Positions 26,409-38,160 of a stretch of 64,000 nucleotides of DNA are shown here, one piece after another. How positions within the stretch are numbered: the stretch's first letter is position 1; every line of letters begins with the position of its first letter. A program made the position numbers and the translations under genes. Source of the stretch: Malacoraja senta (taxonomy: Eukaryota). The notes below the pieces were generated by a model, which was given only the letters and a program-made list of their open reading frames with translations, was not told the DNA's origin and did not search any database. The stretch covers positions 4,280,001 through 4,344,000 of the forward strand of contig CM075995.1 in assembly GCA_038087875.1 (NCBI GenBank), read 5' to 3'.

Positions 26409-28321
26409 TTATAGCGCCAGAGACCTGACTATGGGTGATGTCTGTAGAGAGTCTGTACGTTCTCCCCGTGACCCCGTGGGTTTCCTCCAGTGTTCCAGTT
26501 TCCACCCACACTCAAAAGCAAAGATTATAGAGCAGAGCAAGATGCGCCACCTCTGCGGAAAAAGCGTAGTATGACATGGGTGATTGTTGACGCCATTTTA
26601 CCGGACTGCAATTTACATAATAATAATAATATTTACAATAATATTAACTAAATATGAGAAGTGATAGATGCTATATACAACACTGTTCCCTACAACACCA
26701 AAGATGACACCAAAGATGATAGAGCGGATCAATCCCCGCATACTGGAGATGCTGGAGAAACTCAGCGCGTGCAGCAGCATCTATGGAGCGAAGGAAATAG
26801 GCAACGTTTCGGGCCAAAACCCTTCTTCAGACTGATAGGGGGTGGGGAGAAGAAAGGAAAAAAGGAAAAAAGGCGGAGGAGGAGCCCTCCCAATTCTGCT
26901 AGCCCTTGCTGTCCCCTCCCCTTCATCAGCCCTCTGGTTGTCTCCTCTCCTCCCCCAGCCCTCGGGCTCCTCCTCCGCCTTTTTTCCTTTTTTCCTTTCT
27001 TCTCCCCACCCCCTATCAGTCTGAAGAAGGGTTTCGGCCCGAAACGTTGCCTATTTCCTTCGCTTCATAGATGCTGCTGCACCCGCTGAGTTTCTCCAGC
27101 ATGTTTGTGTACCTATGGATGATCTATCTCTCCCTCCTAACCCCATTCTCCTGCCTTCTTCTCATAACCTCTGACACCCATACTAATCAAGAATCTATCT
27201 ATCTCTGCCTTAAAAATATCCACTGACTTGGCCTCCAGAGCCTTCTGTGGCAAATTCACCACCCTCTAAATAAATTTCTCTTCATTCTCCAGAGATGCTG
27301 ACTGACCTGCTGAGTTACTTCAGCAATCTATGTCGTTTTGAGATCATTACAAGAATTTTATGACGTGGAAGACCATTTCAGCTATTATGACTCCATCAGC
27401 ATTTGGGAGCGTGCATTTCAATGCCTTTTCTCCACATGCTTTCAAATTTCTCTCTTATCTATTTGCCTCTTTATTTTTCCAGTCGATTCTGTTTGGTGTT
27501 TCTTGCAGGACACTGCAGCTTGTGCCTGGGAACATGCACTGAAATGCCAGGAGACTCGCCCCATTCTCCTGGAACTATTAGCTGATGGCTTTTTGCGTAC
27601 ATCTCGTAATGACGAGACACTGATGGTGGTGCTTTGCCATCAGCCACTAACCACCAGTCGATCCTGACTACGGGTGCTGCGAGTTTGTACGTTCTCCACG
27701 TGACCTGCGTGGGCTTTCCCCGAGATCTTCGGTTTCCGCCCATGTTCCAAAGATGTACAGGTTTGTAGGTTACTTGGCTTGGTGTAAGTGTATATTGTCC
27801 GCAGTGTGTGCAGGATAGTGTTTGTCTGCGGGGATCGCTGGTTGGCGCGGGCTTGGTGGGCCGAAGGGCCTGTTTCCGCGCTATATCTCTAAACTAAACT
27901 ACACTAAACTAAACATGCTGGTACTAACCAGCACCAAGTGATATCATGGCTGCACTTAGTAAAGGGATGGAGACCACTAATATTCTGACATGCCAGGACA
28001 TGTATGGGCAGAAAAGGCATGGAAACAGCCATGCCACTTCACTGGCGGTGACCCCAAAGCCCAGATGCAAGAGGTGGTATCAGATATGGTGGTATCAACT
28101 ATGACTCTTTTGCTAAGCATAGGGGAATTGGAGAAAATTGGGTGAAACATAGAAACATTCTTGGTTTCATAGAAACATAGAAACATAGAAAATAGGTGCA
28201 GGAGTAGGCCATTCGGCCCTTCGAGCCTGCACCGCCATTCAATATGATCATGGCTGATCATCCAACTCAGTATCCTGTACCTGCCTTCTCTCCATACCTT
28301 CATTCTCTTCAGTCCTTGAAC

Positions 28322-28472
28322 CATGTCATCTCTGGGTGCCCGCTCTACCACCCACCAAATGGAGCTCAGGGCCTGGCAGACATTGACGCAGAGACAACAA
28401 CCTGGCTGCTCAACACCCGGCGTGAGATCTAACTATTCCTTTGATTTATGTTTCATTCGCAAGAAGAAGAAG
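28322..28472 (+). mobile_element. Heavily 5'-truncated Vingi/Ingi-like LINE end
   Basis: C-terminal peptide HVISGCPLYHPPNGAQGLADIDAETTTWLLNTRREI*, then a (gaa)n tail. An 11-bp direct repeat agtccttgaac lies at 28311-28321 and 28473-28483. Confidence 0.65.
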
Positions 28473-29673
28473 AGTCCTTGAACTAAATAAACAGCAGTCC
28501 TGAGAACAAAGCATAACCTAGTTGGTTACTAGGAAACTTACAGACAAACAAAAACTAATCTGTTGGTCCAAGTGAATAGTTAATTCAAGCTAAGTCTGGC
28601 CAGGGAAATGCTATCAGGGAGTAACAATCTCCCAAAATAATTCCTTCCACAATCCAAAACCAAAACATTGTTGGATCATCTTCATCCGCATTGTTTTCTT
28701 CATCATTTTACTTTTTCTTCACGTTATGACAATGAGAAAACCCAATTTGGAAGAAAAATATGTTCAAATTTTGATATACCAATATTGAATTGGCAATCTC
28801 CAGATACTAATTCAAAGTGTACCGAATTGACATTGGCAAAATGTATACACCGCTCCAGATATATATATTTTTTAATGCAGGATAGAAACATAGAAACATA
28901 GAAAATAGGTGCAGGAGTGGGCCATTCGGCCCATCGAGCCAGCACCGCCATTCAATATGATCATGGCTGATCAACCAAAATCAGTACCCCGTTCCTGCTT
29001 TTTCCCCCATATCCCTTGGTCCCCCTGGCCTTAAGAGCTAAATCTAATGCTCTCTTGAAAACATCCAGTGAATTGGCCTCCACTACCTTCTGTGGCAGAG
29101 AATTCCACAGATTAACAACTCTCTAGGTAAAAAAAAAAAATCCTCATCTCAGTCCTAAATGGCCTACCACTTATTCCTAAACTGTGACCCCCTGGTTCTG
29201 GACTCCCCCAACATGGGGAAATGGTTTCCTGCATCTAGCCTGCCCAATCCCTTAAGAATGTTATAGTTTTCTATAAGATTCCCTCTCACCCTTCTAAATT
29301 CCAGTGAATACAAGCCCAGTCTAATTCATCAATGCCCAAAGTACACCATTGATGGAATTTATTGACTCTGGTTTTTAAGAAGGAAACTTTAGATGCTGGG
29401 ACCAAGATGAGGCAAGGCCCCTCTACCAATGTTGGGAGCAGAGAGAATCCAGGGAGACCAAGACAATGAAAAAACAAATCGCTTCAAGAGCATGCGGAAC
29501 TTCTTTAATGTTTATCATCTTTATCATCATTATCATCTTTAACTTCTTTATTCATTGCGCGTGCCTGATCACCAACAACCATGAATAGTGAACTGCTTGG
29601 AGACAAAATGCACTCAGAAAAATGAGAACGTATCATTAAAAAGAAGCTTCAGAAGTAGTTATGCCAGATACGC

Positions 29674-30610
29674 GTGCTCAGCCCTCTGCTGTACTCACTC
29701 TATACTCATGAACGCGTAGCCGGATATGGTGCGAATTCCATCATCAAGTTCGCCGACGACACCACTGTTGTGGGACGAATCACTGATGGGGACGATTCAG
29801 AGTATAGAAGTGAGATCGACCGATTGACCAAATGGTGCCAGCACAACAACCTGGCTCTCAACACCAGCAAAACCAAGGAACTGATTGTGGACTTTGGAAG
29901 GGGTAGGATAGGGACCCACAATCCCGTTTATATCAATGGTGGAAAGGGTCAAGAACTTCAAATTCCTGGGCGTGCACATTTCCGAAGATCTTTCCTGGTC
30001 CCAGCACACTGATGCAATTATAAAGCAAGCACATCAGCGCCTCTACTTCCTGAAAAGATTACGGATAGTCGGTATGTCAAATAGGACTCTCTCGAACTTC
30101 TACAGGTGCACAGTAGAGAGCATGCTGAGTTGCATCGTGGCTTGGTTCGGCAACTTGAGCGTCCAGGAGCGGAAAAGAATGCAGAAAGTTGTGACCACTG
30201 CCCAGTCCATCATCGGCTCTGACCTCCCCACCATCGAAGGGATCTATCGCAGTCGCTGCCTCAAAAAAGCTGCCAACATCATCAAGGACCCACACCATCC
30301 TGGCCACACACTCATCTCTCCGCTATCTTCGGGTAGAAAGTACAGGAACCTGAAATCTGGTACATCCAGGTTCATGAACAGCTTCTTCCCCACAATCATC
30401 AGGCTATTACATTTGCCATCAAACAAACTCTGAACTGTAACAGCCTATTGCACTTTATCTGTTTATTTATGTGTACATATGTGGTCTATGCTATACAGAC
30501 CCACTGAACTGTTCTGTATTTATGCTTACAATATTCCGTTGTGCTGCAGCAAGCAAGAATTTCATTGTCCTATCTGGGACATATGACAATAAACTCTCTT
30601 GACTTGATTG
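29674..30610 (+). mobile_element. 5'-truncated Rex1/Babar LINE fragment
   Basis: LSPLLYSLYT, IIKFADD, FKFLG, AHQRLYFL and FYRCTVES motifs; ends tgacaataaa followed by (cttga)n. Confidence 0.88.
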
Positions 30611-30844
30611 TAGGATGGAACCCATTATCTGTCCCATCTTTAATTTCCTCCAAATGCACGAACGACGTTAATAACTGCAACTCCATTAGTTTCTGATTAG
30701 CAATAGTTTGGAGTTACCGGATGTGTCAGGAAGTGAATATTGAGTCACGGTAGTGCAGGTTAAATTCCTTATGGCCTCTGTGGGAGGGGGCACAATACAA
30801 GCATTACATGCATCTTATCGGGGACCGTAAAGAACATAACTCAC

Positions 30845-31035
30845 CGTTTTCAGGGCCAAGCATCGGGCTTCCATGGCCATTTTTGTCGGGCTTCACTTGG
30901 CCGGGTTTTGCATGGAACACGGATTCTTCTTTGGCCAGGACTTGTTCCTTCTTTCCTTTTCCTCTTTGGGGATTGTGACAGCATCAGTGGATAAACTTCA
31001 CTTTCGATCCCTGAGGAACGGATTTGCCGATCTCC
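30845..31035 (-). CDS. DCDC2: DCDC2 coding exon (human exon 7 equivalent), with an apparent +1 frameshift
   Basis: aacag|GGA GAT CGG CAA...GAA AAC G|gtgagt, 191 bp. Reads GDRQIRSSGIESEVYPLMLSQSPKRK, then after dropping one base GKKEQVLAKEESVFHAKPGQVKPDKNGHGSPMLGPEN (human NDRHSKS...PQPLKRKGKKE). The flanking exon phases require a length of 3n+1; the observed length is 3n+2. Confidence 0.85.
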
Positions 31036-31495
31036 CTGTTAATCCAATAAATTCAGCTGTTATCAGGCAACTGAACCATCCAACCAACTAGAGAGCTGTG
31101 CTGAGCTACTATCTACCTCATGGAGACCCTCGGACTATCTTTGAACAGACTTTACTGGGCTTTATCTTGCACTAAACATCATTCACATTATTCCCTTCAT
31201 CATGAATCTGTACATTGTGAATGGCTCGATTGTAATCATGCGTTGTCTTTCCGCTGACTGGTACACGTAAGAATAAATACACGAATAAACTAAACTAAAC
31301 TAAATTGAATTGAACTAAGCTAAACTAAATGCAGGTGAGCAGTACTTCACCTGTGGTTCTGCGCTAATTGTTAACGGGGAATTTCTGTCCATCTTGACAT
31401 TAATTGTTAAAGTGCGGCGTCACCTGATGGTCAGACCACTTACGGTCGAACCCTCGTCAGTGGTTACGAGGACTGTCGCGTGACGTCATGTGTTA

Positions 31496-31797
31496 AGGGC
31501 CTGTCCCACTGTACGAGGTAATTCAAGAGTTCTCCCGAGTTTTTAAAAAATCAAACTCGTGGTAAGTACGTAGAATGTACGTAGCGGCTACGTCGGAGCT
31601 CGTGGATGTCCCGTAGCGGCTCGTAATGCTAACAGCAGGTACTCGGGAAACGCGGTAACTCGTGAAGTTTTTCAGCACTGTGAAAAATGTCCATGAGAGC
31701 CCCGAGTATCTACGAACGGCTATTACCATAATTCTCGAAGTTCAAATCAGGGAAACTCGGGAGCTCTTGAATTACCTCATACAGTGGGACAGGCCCT
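31496..31797. mobile_element. PIF/Harbinger-type MITE
   Basis: TIRs of ~55 bp, agggcctgtcccactgtacgaggtaattcaagag; TTA on the left flank and TAA on the right. Confidence 0.87.
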
Positions 31798-32597
31798 TAA
31801 AGGGGAGTGTCCTGCTACATAAGCAGATCTTACCTTGAGATCATGGGAGTCGACAGGTAGCTGAGCTCGAGGCAACACCCTCGCTCAGCAGCAGCAGCAA
31901 TGACAATATGTTAGAGGACCAGACTTGCATGTACACCAACCATGTAATGTCTGAATAAAGCAACTGTTTGTTCATCACATTTGGTAACGCTACAAAAGCT
32001 CTTTAAACTCGCTATGAATGACTGTACAAGGTGCTGTCTTCTTCCGTGATTCCCTTTAGAAACGGAGGTATTTCTTAATTACATATCTCCCAACATCTTG
32101 CCCCCTGCATCTCACCCACCAACCAGACCTTTTCATTTCATATGTACTTAATCAAAAATGCCAAAAGCCAGTATTATAAAGTCAGTTGGACACATGAAGG
32201 CGTTGATTAGTTTGGTTTATGCATCCCCACGATAGTTTTGAAAAACATACGGCTGGCTATAAAACAAATAACTTGTATAGCTCACACTACATTAACAAAA
32301 AACTTCCGGTGGCGTCATGTTAGACTAACAGACGTGCACCCAGCTCCTCTCCCGAAAAACTTCACGATTTATCGTGTAAAACGGGTCCGAAAATCGGGAT
32401 TGTTTTTAAAAACCTTACCGGAGCTTCTGGTTACCGCGCTGATGACGTCATCGTTAAACGCGATGTTTTAAACGGTGGTTTGAAGCCCTTTAAATGAGTA
32501 AATTGACTCCAGCTGTGAGCCCTCAGAGAGCTGTGAATAAGCTGTCGAAACAGTTCGAACTGAAGTTACCTCTGAAGTCTCTGAAGTGGCTGCAGAA

Positions 32598-33563
32598 ATG
32601 GATACAAGATCTAAGAAAGACTTTGATGACTTGAAAAAATCAATGAAAAATTTGAAAGATGAGATCTCGGATAATAGGGTGGAAGATAAGAAGGAAATGA
32701 AGGAAAATTCGGCAAAAATGATGGAAGGAATGCAGAAGATGATGAAGGATTTAAATGCTGGTAACCAGAAGAATATGACGGATTTACTGGACACTATGAA
32801 TAAACGAATTGATGAGGTGAAAGATGGACTATCAGAGAAAATGGATAAGATGGATGTAATTACTACGGATAAGTTCACGGCTGTACTTGAAACAGTAGCT
32901 GCAAGTATGCAGACAATCACGGAATTGGAGAAAAATACGGCACGACTTGTTGAAGACATGGCGAAACTGAGGCAAGAACATGAGCAAATGAGGCGAGAAA
33001 ACGAACAAGCATCACTACAAATGGGGACTCAATTAGAGAAAGTCTCATTCAAATGCCTGGACCTGGAAGCTCGTTCTAGACGCCAGAATCTGAGGATTCT
33101 TGGTGTTTCAGAGGGGGCAGAAGGGGAACAGGTACGTGAATTTGCCATGGGCTTGTTGAAACAACTGTTGAATCTTCCCAAGGAACCGAAAATCGAAGTG
33201 GCTCATCGTGTCCCAAGATTTGGAAAAAGATTTGATGCGGGAAAAGCTTATCCACGACATATTATAGTGAAATTTCGAGATACTGCAGAACTGGAATATG
33301 TTATGACCCATATCAAATATGGTGTACAATTACGGCTGGACAAAGACACTATTAAGATATTCAGGGACTACCCACATGAAATTGTGCAAAAAAGAAACAA
33401 ATTTGATAAGGTTAAAGATCTTTTAAGAGGGAGAGAAGGGGTCAGATTCGGGGTTTTTTATCCCGCTAAAATGCGTATTTCTTTTAATGGTCTTGAAAAG
33501 TCATTTGTTAAGCCTGAAGACGCTTTCAAATATGCCCAAACGATTGTTGAAAGACAGAAATAA
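32598..33563 (+). CDS. L1 ORF1p (coiled coil, RRM and CTD; RNA-binding)
   Basis: Coiled-coil N-terminus followed by L1 ORF1 motifs DLEARSRRQNLRILGVSEG, AHRVP, PRHIIVKF, IFRDYP and YPAKMRI. The first ATG is at 32598. Confidence 0.93.
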   Translation: MDTRSKKDFDDLKKSMKNLKDEISDNRVEDKKEMKENSAKMMEGMQKMMKDLNAGNQKNMTDLLDTMNKRIDEVKDGLSEKMDKMDVITTDKFTAVLETVAASMQTITELEKNTARLVEDMAKLRQEHEQMRRENEQASLQMGTQLEKVSFKCLDLEARSRRQNLRILGVSEGAEGEQVREFAMGLLKQLLNLPKEPKIEVAHRVPRFGKRFDAGKAYPRHIIVKFRDTAELEYVMTHIKYGVQLRLDKDTIKIFRDYPHEIVQKRNKFDKVKDLLRGREGVRFGVFYPAKMRISFNGLEKSFVKPEDAFKYAQTIVERQK

Positions 33564-34368
33564 AAGGGAGCTTTGGCAGATCCGAATAATTTTCAGCTAT
33601 GTTTTGTCTGGGGATAGTTACACTGTTATCTCCGGAATGTTGAAGCAAGGACATTTTCTGTTCAAAACGTGTAAACAACTTTATAACGGGATATGAATTA
33701 GAAAATAATTGCTTATTGATTAAAATGTTATAACCAATTGTAAGAACTTATCCTATTAACAACTTTAAAAGTTATGCAGGTTAGATTAGAATACTAACAA
33801 AAAAAAACAAAAAATAATGAACTAACATACTAATATGAATTTTTAATAAATTGTAACCTTGTCTATAAGCAGGAGGAGGGGATGAGAAACGAGCTCCTGG
33901 CTTATGTCCAGGAGCACGTCTCGTTAACCCCTTCAACCAACAGCTGATTCTTATTGAAATCAAAAATATTGGTTTAATAATTAAACTCTGATATATATAT
34001 ATGTTATAAGGAAATATCAGGGTAAAATTGTATTATATATATGAATGTGAGGCCTCGTTTTAATATTTTAATATGTTATGATTAACTAAGAGAGCGGAGC
34101 GAGTTGAGCAACAACGCAATGGAAGTCAAAATAAGGTTTTTTCCCACCTACAGGTGGGTCACTTGCTACAGTGCCGACTATAGACACTGTAGCCTCACTC
34201 TTTTAGTTTTTTTTTTATTACATAAAATCACTTGTTTGTGTTTTGTGTTTAGTGATAAGAATAATATGGACATACCAACAAAAGTTAATAATTCAAAAAC
34301 TCCCCCAATACCTAAAGACCTGGGATATGGACGCACCACAAGATTCAAAGGTACTATAATTATTCAAA

Positions 34369-37300
34369 ATGCATGACACCACACAAAAGAACCTAGGAGG
34401 AGTCTCATTTTGTAGTTGGAATATAAGAGGCATTAATGAACCTATCAAAAGGGGTAAGATATTAGCTCAGCTAAAAATGTATAATTCTGACATTACCTTC
34501 CTACAAGAAACACACCTAAAACCTCAGGACCAAGTTAGGCTGAGGGCGAAATGGATAGGTCAAACATACCACTCTTCATTCACTTCAAAATCTAGAGGCA
34601 CGTCAATTATCATAAGAAAAGGTATACCATTTAAAGCAAAGAATATTATAACAGATATAGAAGGGAGATACTTAATAGTTAATGGAGAAATCCATGACAC
34701 TCCACTTACTTTGGTAAATATATATGCCCCTAACTTTGATAACCCCCACTTTTTCAATAAAATCTTTAATATAATTGCAGAGTCAAACTATCAAAATGTT
34801 ATAATAGGCGGAGACTTTAATTGTGTTTTAGACCCGTACTTAGATAAATCAAGTCAAAAACAGAGAGGGAATATGAAATCGAAAACTGGGGAACTCCTCA
34901 ATACCTACATAAACAACACTAATATAGCAGATGTTTGGAGAATTGTGAACCCAACTGGCAGGGAATATTCGTTTTACTCAATGGTACATAAGACATACTC
35001 ACGTATAGACTACTTTCTGCTGGATACAAAATTAATCCCCCAAACATCTAATGCAATATATCATACAAATTCAATTTCAGACCATTCTCCACTAACTTTC
35101 TTTTTAAAACTGGAAGGATTGTCTAAGAATAATTCATTCTGGAGATTTAACTCTCAAATTTTAAAAGATCCACAAGCGAGTATATATTTAAAAGAACAAA
35201 TGGAGGTCTTTTTTCAAACAAATGATACTTCAGATATATCGCCTACTTTACTTTGGGAATCTTTTAAAGCATACATTAGGGGTATTATAATTTCATATCA
35301 AGCTTTTCAAAATAAAAAGAATAAGAATGAACAAAGACAGTTAGAAGAACTTATTAGACAAATGGATATAGATAATGCTAAAGATCCAACAATAGATAAA
35401 CATAATAAAATAATAATTTTAAAATTTAAATTAAATAAATTATTATCTGCCAAACTTATAAGACTTTTTCAAATTACAAAACAAGAGCACTTTGAATTTG
35501 GGGATAAACCGCATAAACTTTTGGCTCGCCAGCTAAAAAAACGAGAAAAGGAACATACTATACCAAAGATCAAATCAGATAAAGGGGAATTATTAACAAC
35601 ACCGAAGGATATTAATAAAAGATTTGCGCAATTTTACGAGAATTTGTATACATCTAAAACGATAATTGATTCCAATAATATCACAAAGTTCTTGGATACC
35701 TGTAATCTTCCAAAGTTAGAGCTGAAGGAACAAGAGGAACTGGGTGCACAAATCTCAATTAAGGAATTAGAAGATACAATAAACTCACTAAAAAATGGAA
35801 AAACACCAGGCCCTGATGGATTTACTAATGAATTTTATAAAAACTTTTATGAAAAAATAATACCAAGATTACAAAAAATGTACCAATACGCTTTTAAAAA
35901 ACGAATACTACCTGATACATTAGCGGAATCAACGATTACATTAATACCTAAGAAAAATAAGGATTTAGAAGATCCTGGCTCATATAGAGCTATAGCATTG
36001 TTAAACACAGATCAAAAAATATTAGCGAAAACATTAGCCAGAAGATTAAGTAAATACATTAGTAAATTAATAAACCCAGATCAGACAGGGTTTATCCCTA
36101 AGAGATACTCTTCTAATAATATGAGACGTCTACTCAACATAATGCACTCACACAAATCTGAAGATCAAGAATTATCAATTATTTCGCTGGATGCTGAAAA
36201 AGCATTTGATCAAGTAGAATGGAATTATATGGATAAAGTATTACAAAAATTTCAACTGGGAGAGAATTTTATTTTATGGATTAAGTTACTATATAACAAA
36301 CCTACAGCTAGAATACTTACTAATAACATATTATCCTCGAAATTTCAACTATCAAGGGGAAATAGACAAGGATGCTCATTATCACCACAGCTGTTTGCTC
36401 TCATTATTGAACCGCTAGCAGAAAAAATTAGAATACACCCTGATATTCATGGATATAATACTAAAGACTCATATAATAAAATATCTTTATACGCGGATGA
36501 TATATTATTGTATATCACAAAACCTCAAATCACTATACCAAATATATTAAATTTAATTGAAGACTTCGGATCTTTTTCTGGATATAGAATAAATTGGAAT
36601 AAAAGTGAAATTATGTCAATAAAACCGAAAGATTCAACACATCTTTTAAAATTCCCTTTTAAAATAGCTACAGAAAAATTTAAATATTTGGGAATCGAAA
36701 TTACCAGAGCATATCAAGGTATGCTCAGGGCAAATTTTGACCCCCTACTTAATAAACTGAATACATTAATTAAATTCTGGAAAACGCTTCCGATGTCTTT
36801 AATAGGCCGAATAAACGCAATAAAAATGATCTTTTTACCACAAATTTTATACCTATTTCAATCAATTCCTATATACTTACCTAAGAAGTTTTTTAAAAAA
36901 CTCGACTCAGATATCACTAATTTTATATGGGACTATAAATCACATAGAATACAAAAAACCCATCTGAATAAATCTAAAGTATTGGGGGGTCTAGCACTAC
37001 CCAATTTTATGTATTATTATTGGTCAGTAAATATTAAAAACATGATTCAACTGATGGATAACTCCGCCCAGCAAGTAGACTGGATTGTAATGGAGAAAGA
37101 GGATTGCTCCTCTAGAAACATTGGAGCGATCCTCCTCTCTCCAATGAAATTGAATAACATAAACTATAATAAGAACCCAATTATTCATAGTACAATCCGT
37201 ATTTGGAAACAAATAAAACAAAATTTAAAATTAAGAAACTTATCACTTTTATTACCTATAGTCAATAACCCTTCGTTTAGTCCTTCTATTATAGATAAAG

Positions 37301-38160
37301 CTTATACACAATGGGATAGACTAGGAATTAAAACGCTTGGTGACTTGTATGAAACTGGAAAATTACTTTCATTTCAACAATTACAAATAAAATATAAACT
37401 CGGAAATAATCAATATTTTAAATACTTTCAAATATGCGACTATTTGAAAAAATATATAAAAGATCATCATAATAACCCAGCAGATGTACTGGACGAGGCA
37501 ATGCAGACAAAAGCGGAATCAGCAAACTTAATATCATATTTGTACAATATTATCTTAAATGTACAAATACCATCTACGGAGGGTATCAGAAGAGACTGGG
37601 AACAAGAGTTAGCCATTAAAATTTCAAAGGAAAGTTGGAATGAATACTTATTAAAAGTACATAAATGCTCGATTAATGTAAGACACACTTTAATACAATT
37701 TAAAATTTTACATAGATTATATTATTCGAAAACTAAAATTCATAAAATTTTCCCAAACGTATCATCTATTTGTGATAAATGTCAATCCCAAGAAGCAACT
37801 ATAGCGCACTCATTTGTCTTCTGTACAAAAATTCAAAAATTTTGGAATGAAATTTTTGAAATCTTTACAAAGTTATTTAAAACAAGACTGATACCCAAAG
37901 CAGAATGGATTATCTTCGGAATAACGGAAGATGATCCAGAACTAAATGTGTTTCAAAAGAAATTAATGGATTATGGGTTAATAACTGGAAAAAAGCTAAT
38001 TCTAAAATTTTGGAAGAAGGCTCCAATACCAACTATAAATATGTGGATTTCAAATATGTTTGAAACACTACACCTTGAAGAGATAAGACTCCTCCTAGCA
38101 GGTAAACCAGATCACTTCCACCTGACGTGGTCTGCATTTATAGAATTATTACAAACATAG
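34369..38160 (+). CDS. L1 ORF2p (APE endonuclease, reverse transcriptase, C-terminal CCHC), 1263 aa
   Basis: Endonuclease motifs SWNIRG, LQETH, GGDFN, SRIDY and SDH. RT motifs KTPGPDG, LDAEKAFD, RQGCSLSP, YADD and KYLG. C-terminal CDKC...H...C. No stops or frameshifts. Confidence 0.96.
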   Translation: MHDTTQKNLGGVSFCSWNIRGINEPIKRGKILAQLKMYNSDITFLQETHLKPQDQVRLRAKWIGQTYHSSFTSKSRGTSIIIRKGIPFKAKNIITDIEGRYLIVNGEIHDTPLTLVNIYAPNFDNPHFFNKIFNIIAESNYQNVIIGGDFNCVLDPYLDKSSQKQRGNMKSKTGELLNTYINNTNIADVWRIVNPTGREYSFYSMVHKTYSRIDYFLLDTKLIPQTSNAIYHTNSISDHSPLTFFLKLEGLSKNNSFWRFNSQILKDPQASIYLKEQMEVFFQTNDTSDISPTLLWESFKAYIRGIIISYQAFQNKKNKNEQRQLEELIRQMDIDNAKDPTIDKHNKIIILKFKLNKLLSAKLIRLFQITKQEHFEFGDKPHKLLARQLKKREKEHTIPKIKSDKGELLTTPKDINKRFAQFYENLYTSKTIIDSNNITKFLDTCNLPKLELKEQEELGAQISIKELEDTINSLKNGKTPGPDGFTNEFYKNFYEKIIPRLQKMYQYAFKKRILPDTLAESTITLIPKKNKDLEDPGSYRAIALLNTDQKILAKTLARRLSKYISKLINPDQTGFIPKRYSSNNMRRLLNIMHSHKSEDQELSIISLDAEKAFDQVEWNYMDKVLQKFQLGENFILWIKLLYNKPTARILTNNILSSKFQLSRGNRQGCSLSPQLFALIIEPLAEKIRIHPDIHGYNTKDSYNKISLYADDILLYITKPQITIPNILNLIEDFGSFSGYRINWNKSEIMSIKPKDSTHLLKFPFKIATEKFKYLGIEITRAYQGMLRANFDPLLNKLNTLIKFWKTLPMSLIGRINAIKMIFLPQILYLFQSIPIYLPKKFFKKLDSDITNFIWDYKSHRIQKTHLNKSKVLGGLALPNFMYYYWSVNIKNMIQLMDNSAQQVDWIVMEKEDCSSRNIGAILLSPMKLNNINYNKNPIIHSTIRIWKQIKQNLKLRNLSLLLPIVNNPSFSPSIIDKAYTQWDRLGIKTLGDLYETGKLLSFQQLQIKYKLGNNQYFKYFQICDYLKKYIKDHHNNPADVLDEAMQTKAESANLISYLYNIILNVQIPSTEGIRRDWEQELAIKISKESWNEYLLKVHKCSINVRHTLIQFKILHRLYYSKTKIHKIFPNVSSICDKCQSQEATIAHSFVFCTKIQKFWNEIFEIFTKLFKTRLIPKAEWIIFGITEDDPELNVFQKKLMDYGLITGKKLILKFWKKAPIPTINMWISNMFETLHLEEIRLLLAGKPDHFHLTWSAFIELLQT

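Noticed and set aside
25877..26511. Ala/Pro-rich ORFs on both strands
   Set aside because: They result from a GC-rich tandem array inside a MITE.
31405..31995. Possible solo LTR (TG...AATAAA...CA) hosting the MITE at 31496
   Set aside because: No matching TSD was found for any candidate end.
32468..32959. 163-aa antisense ORF overlapping the L1 ORF1 start (ORF0-like?)
   Set aside because: Its Ser/Phe/Ile-rich composition is what the reverse frame of a Lys/Glu/Asp/Met coiled coil gives, and there is no independent support.
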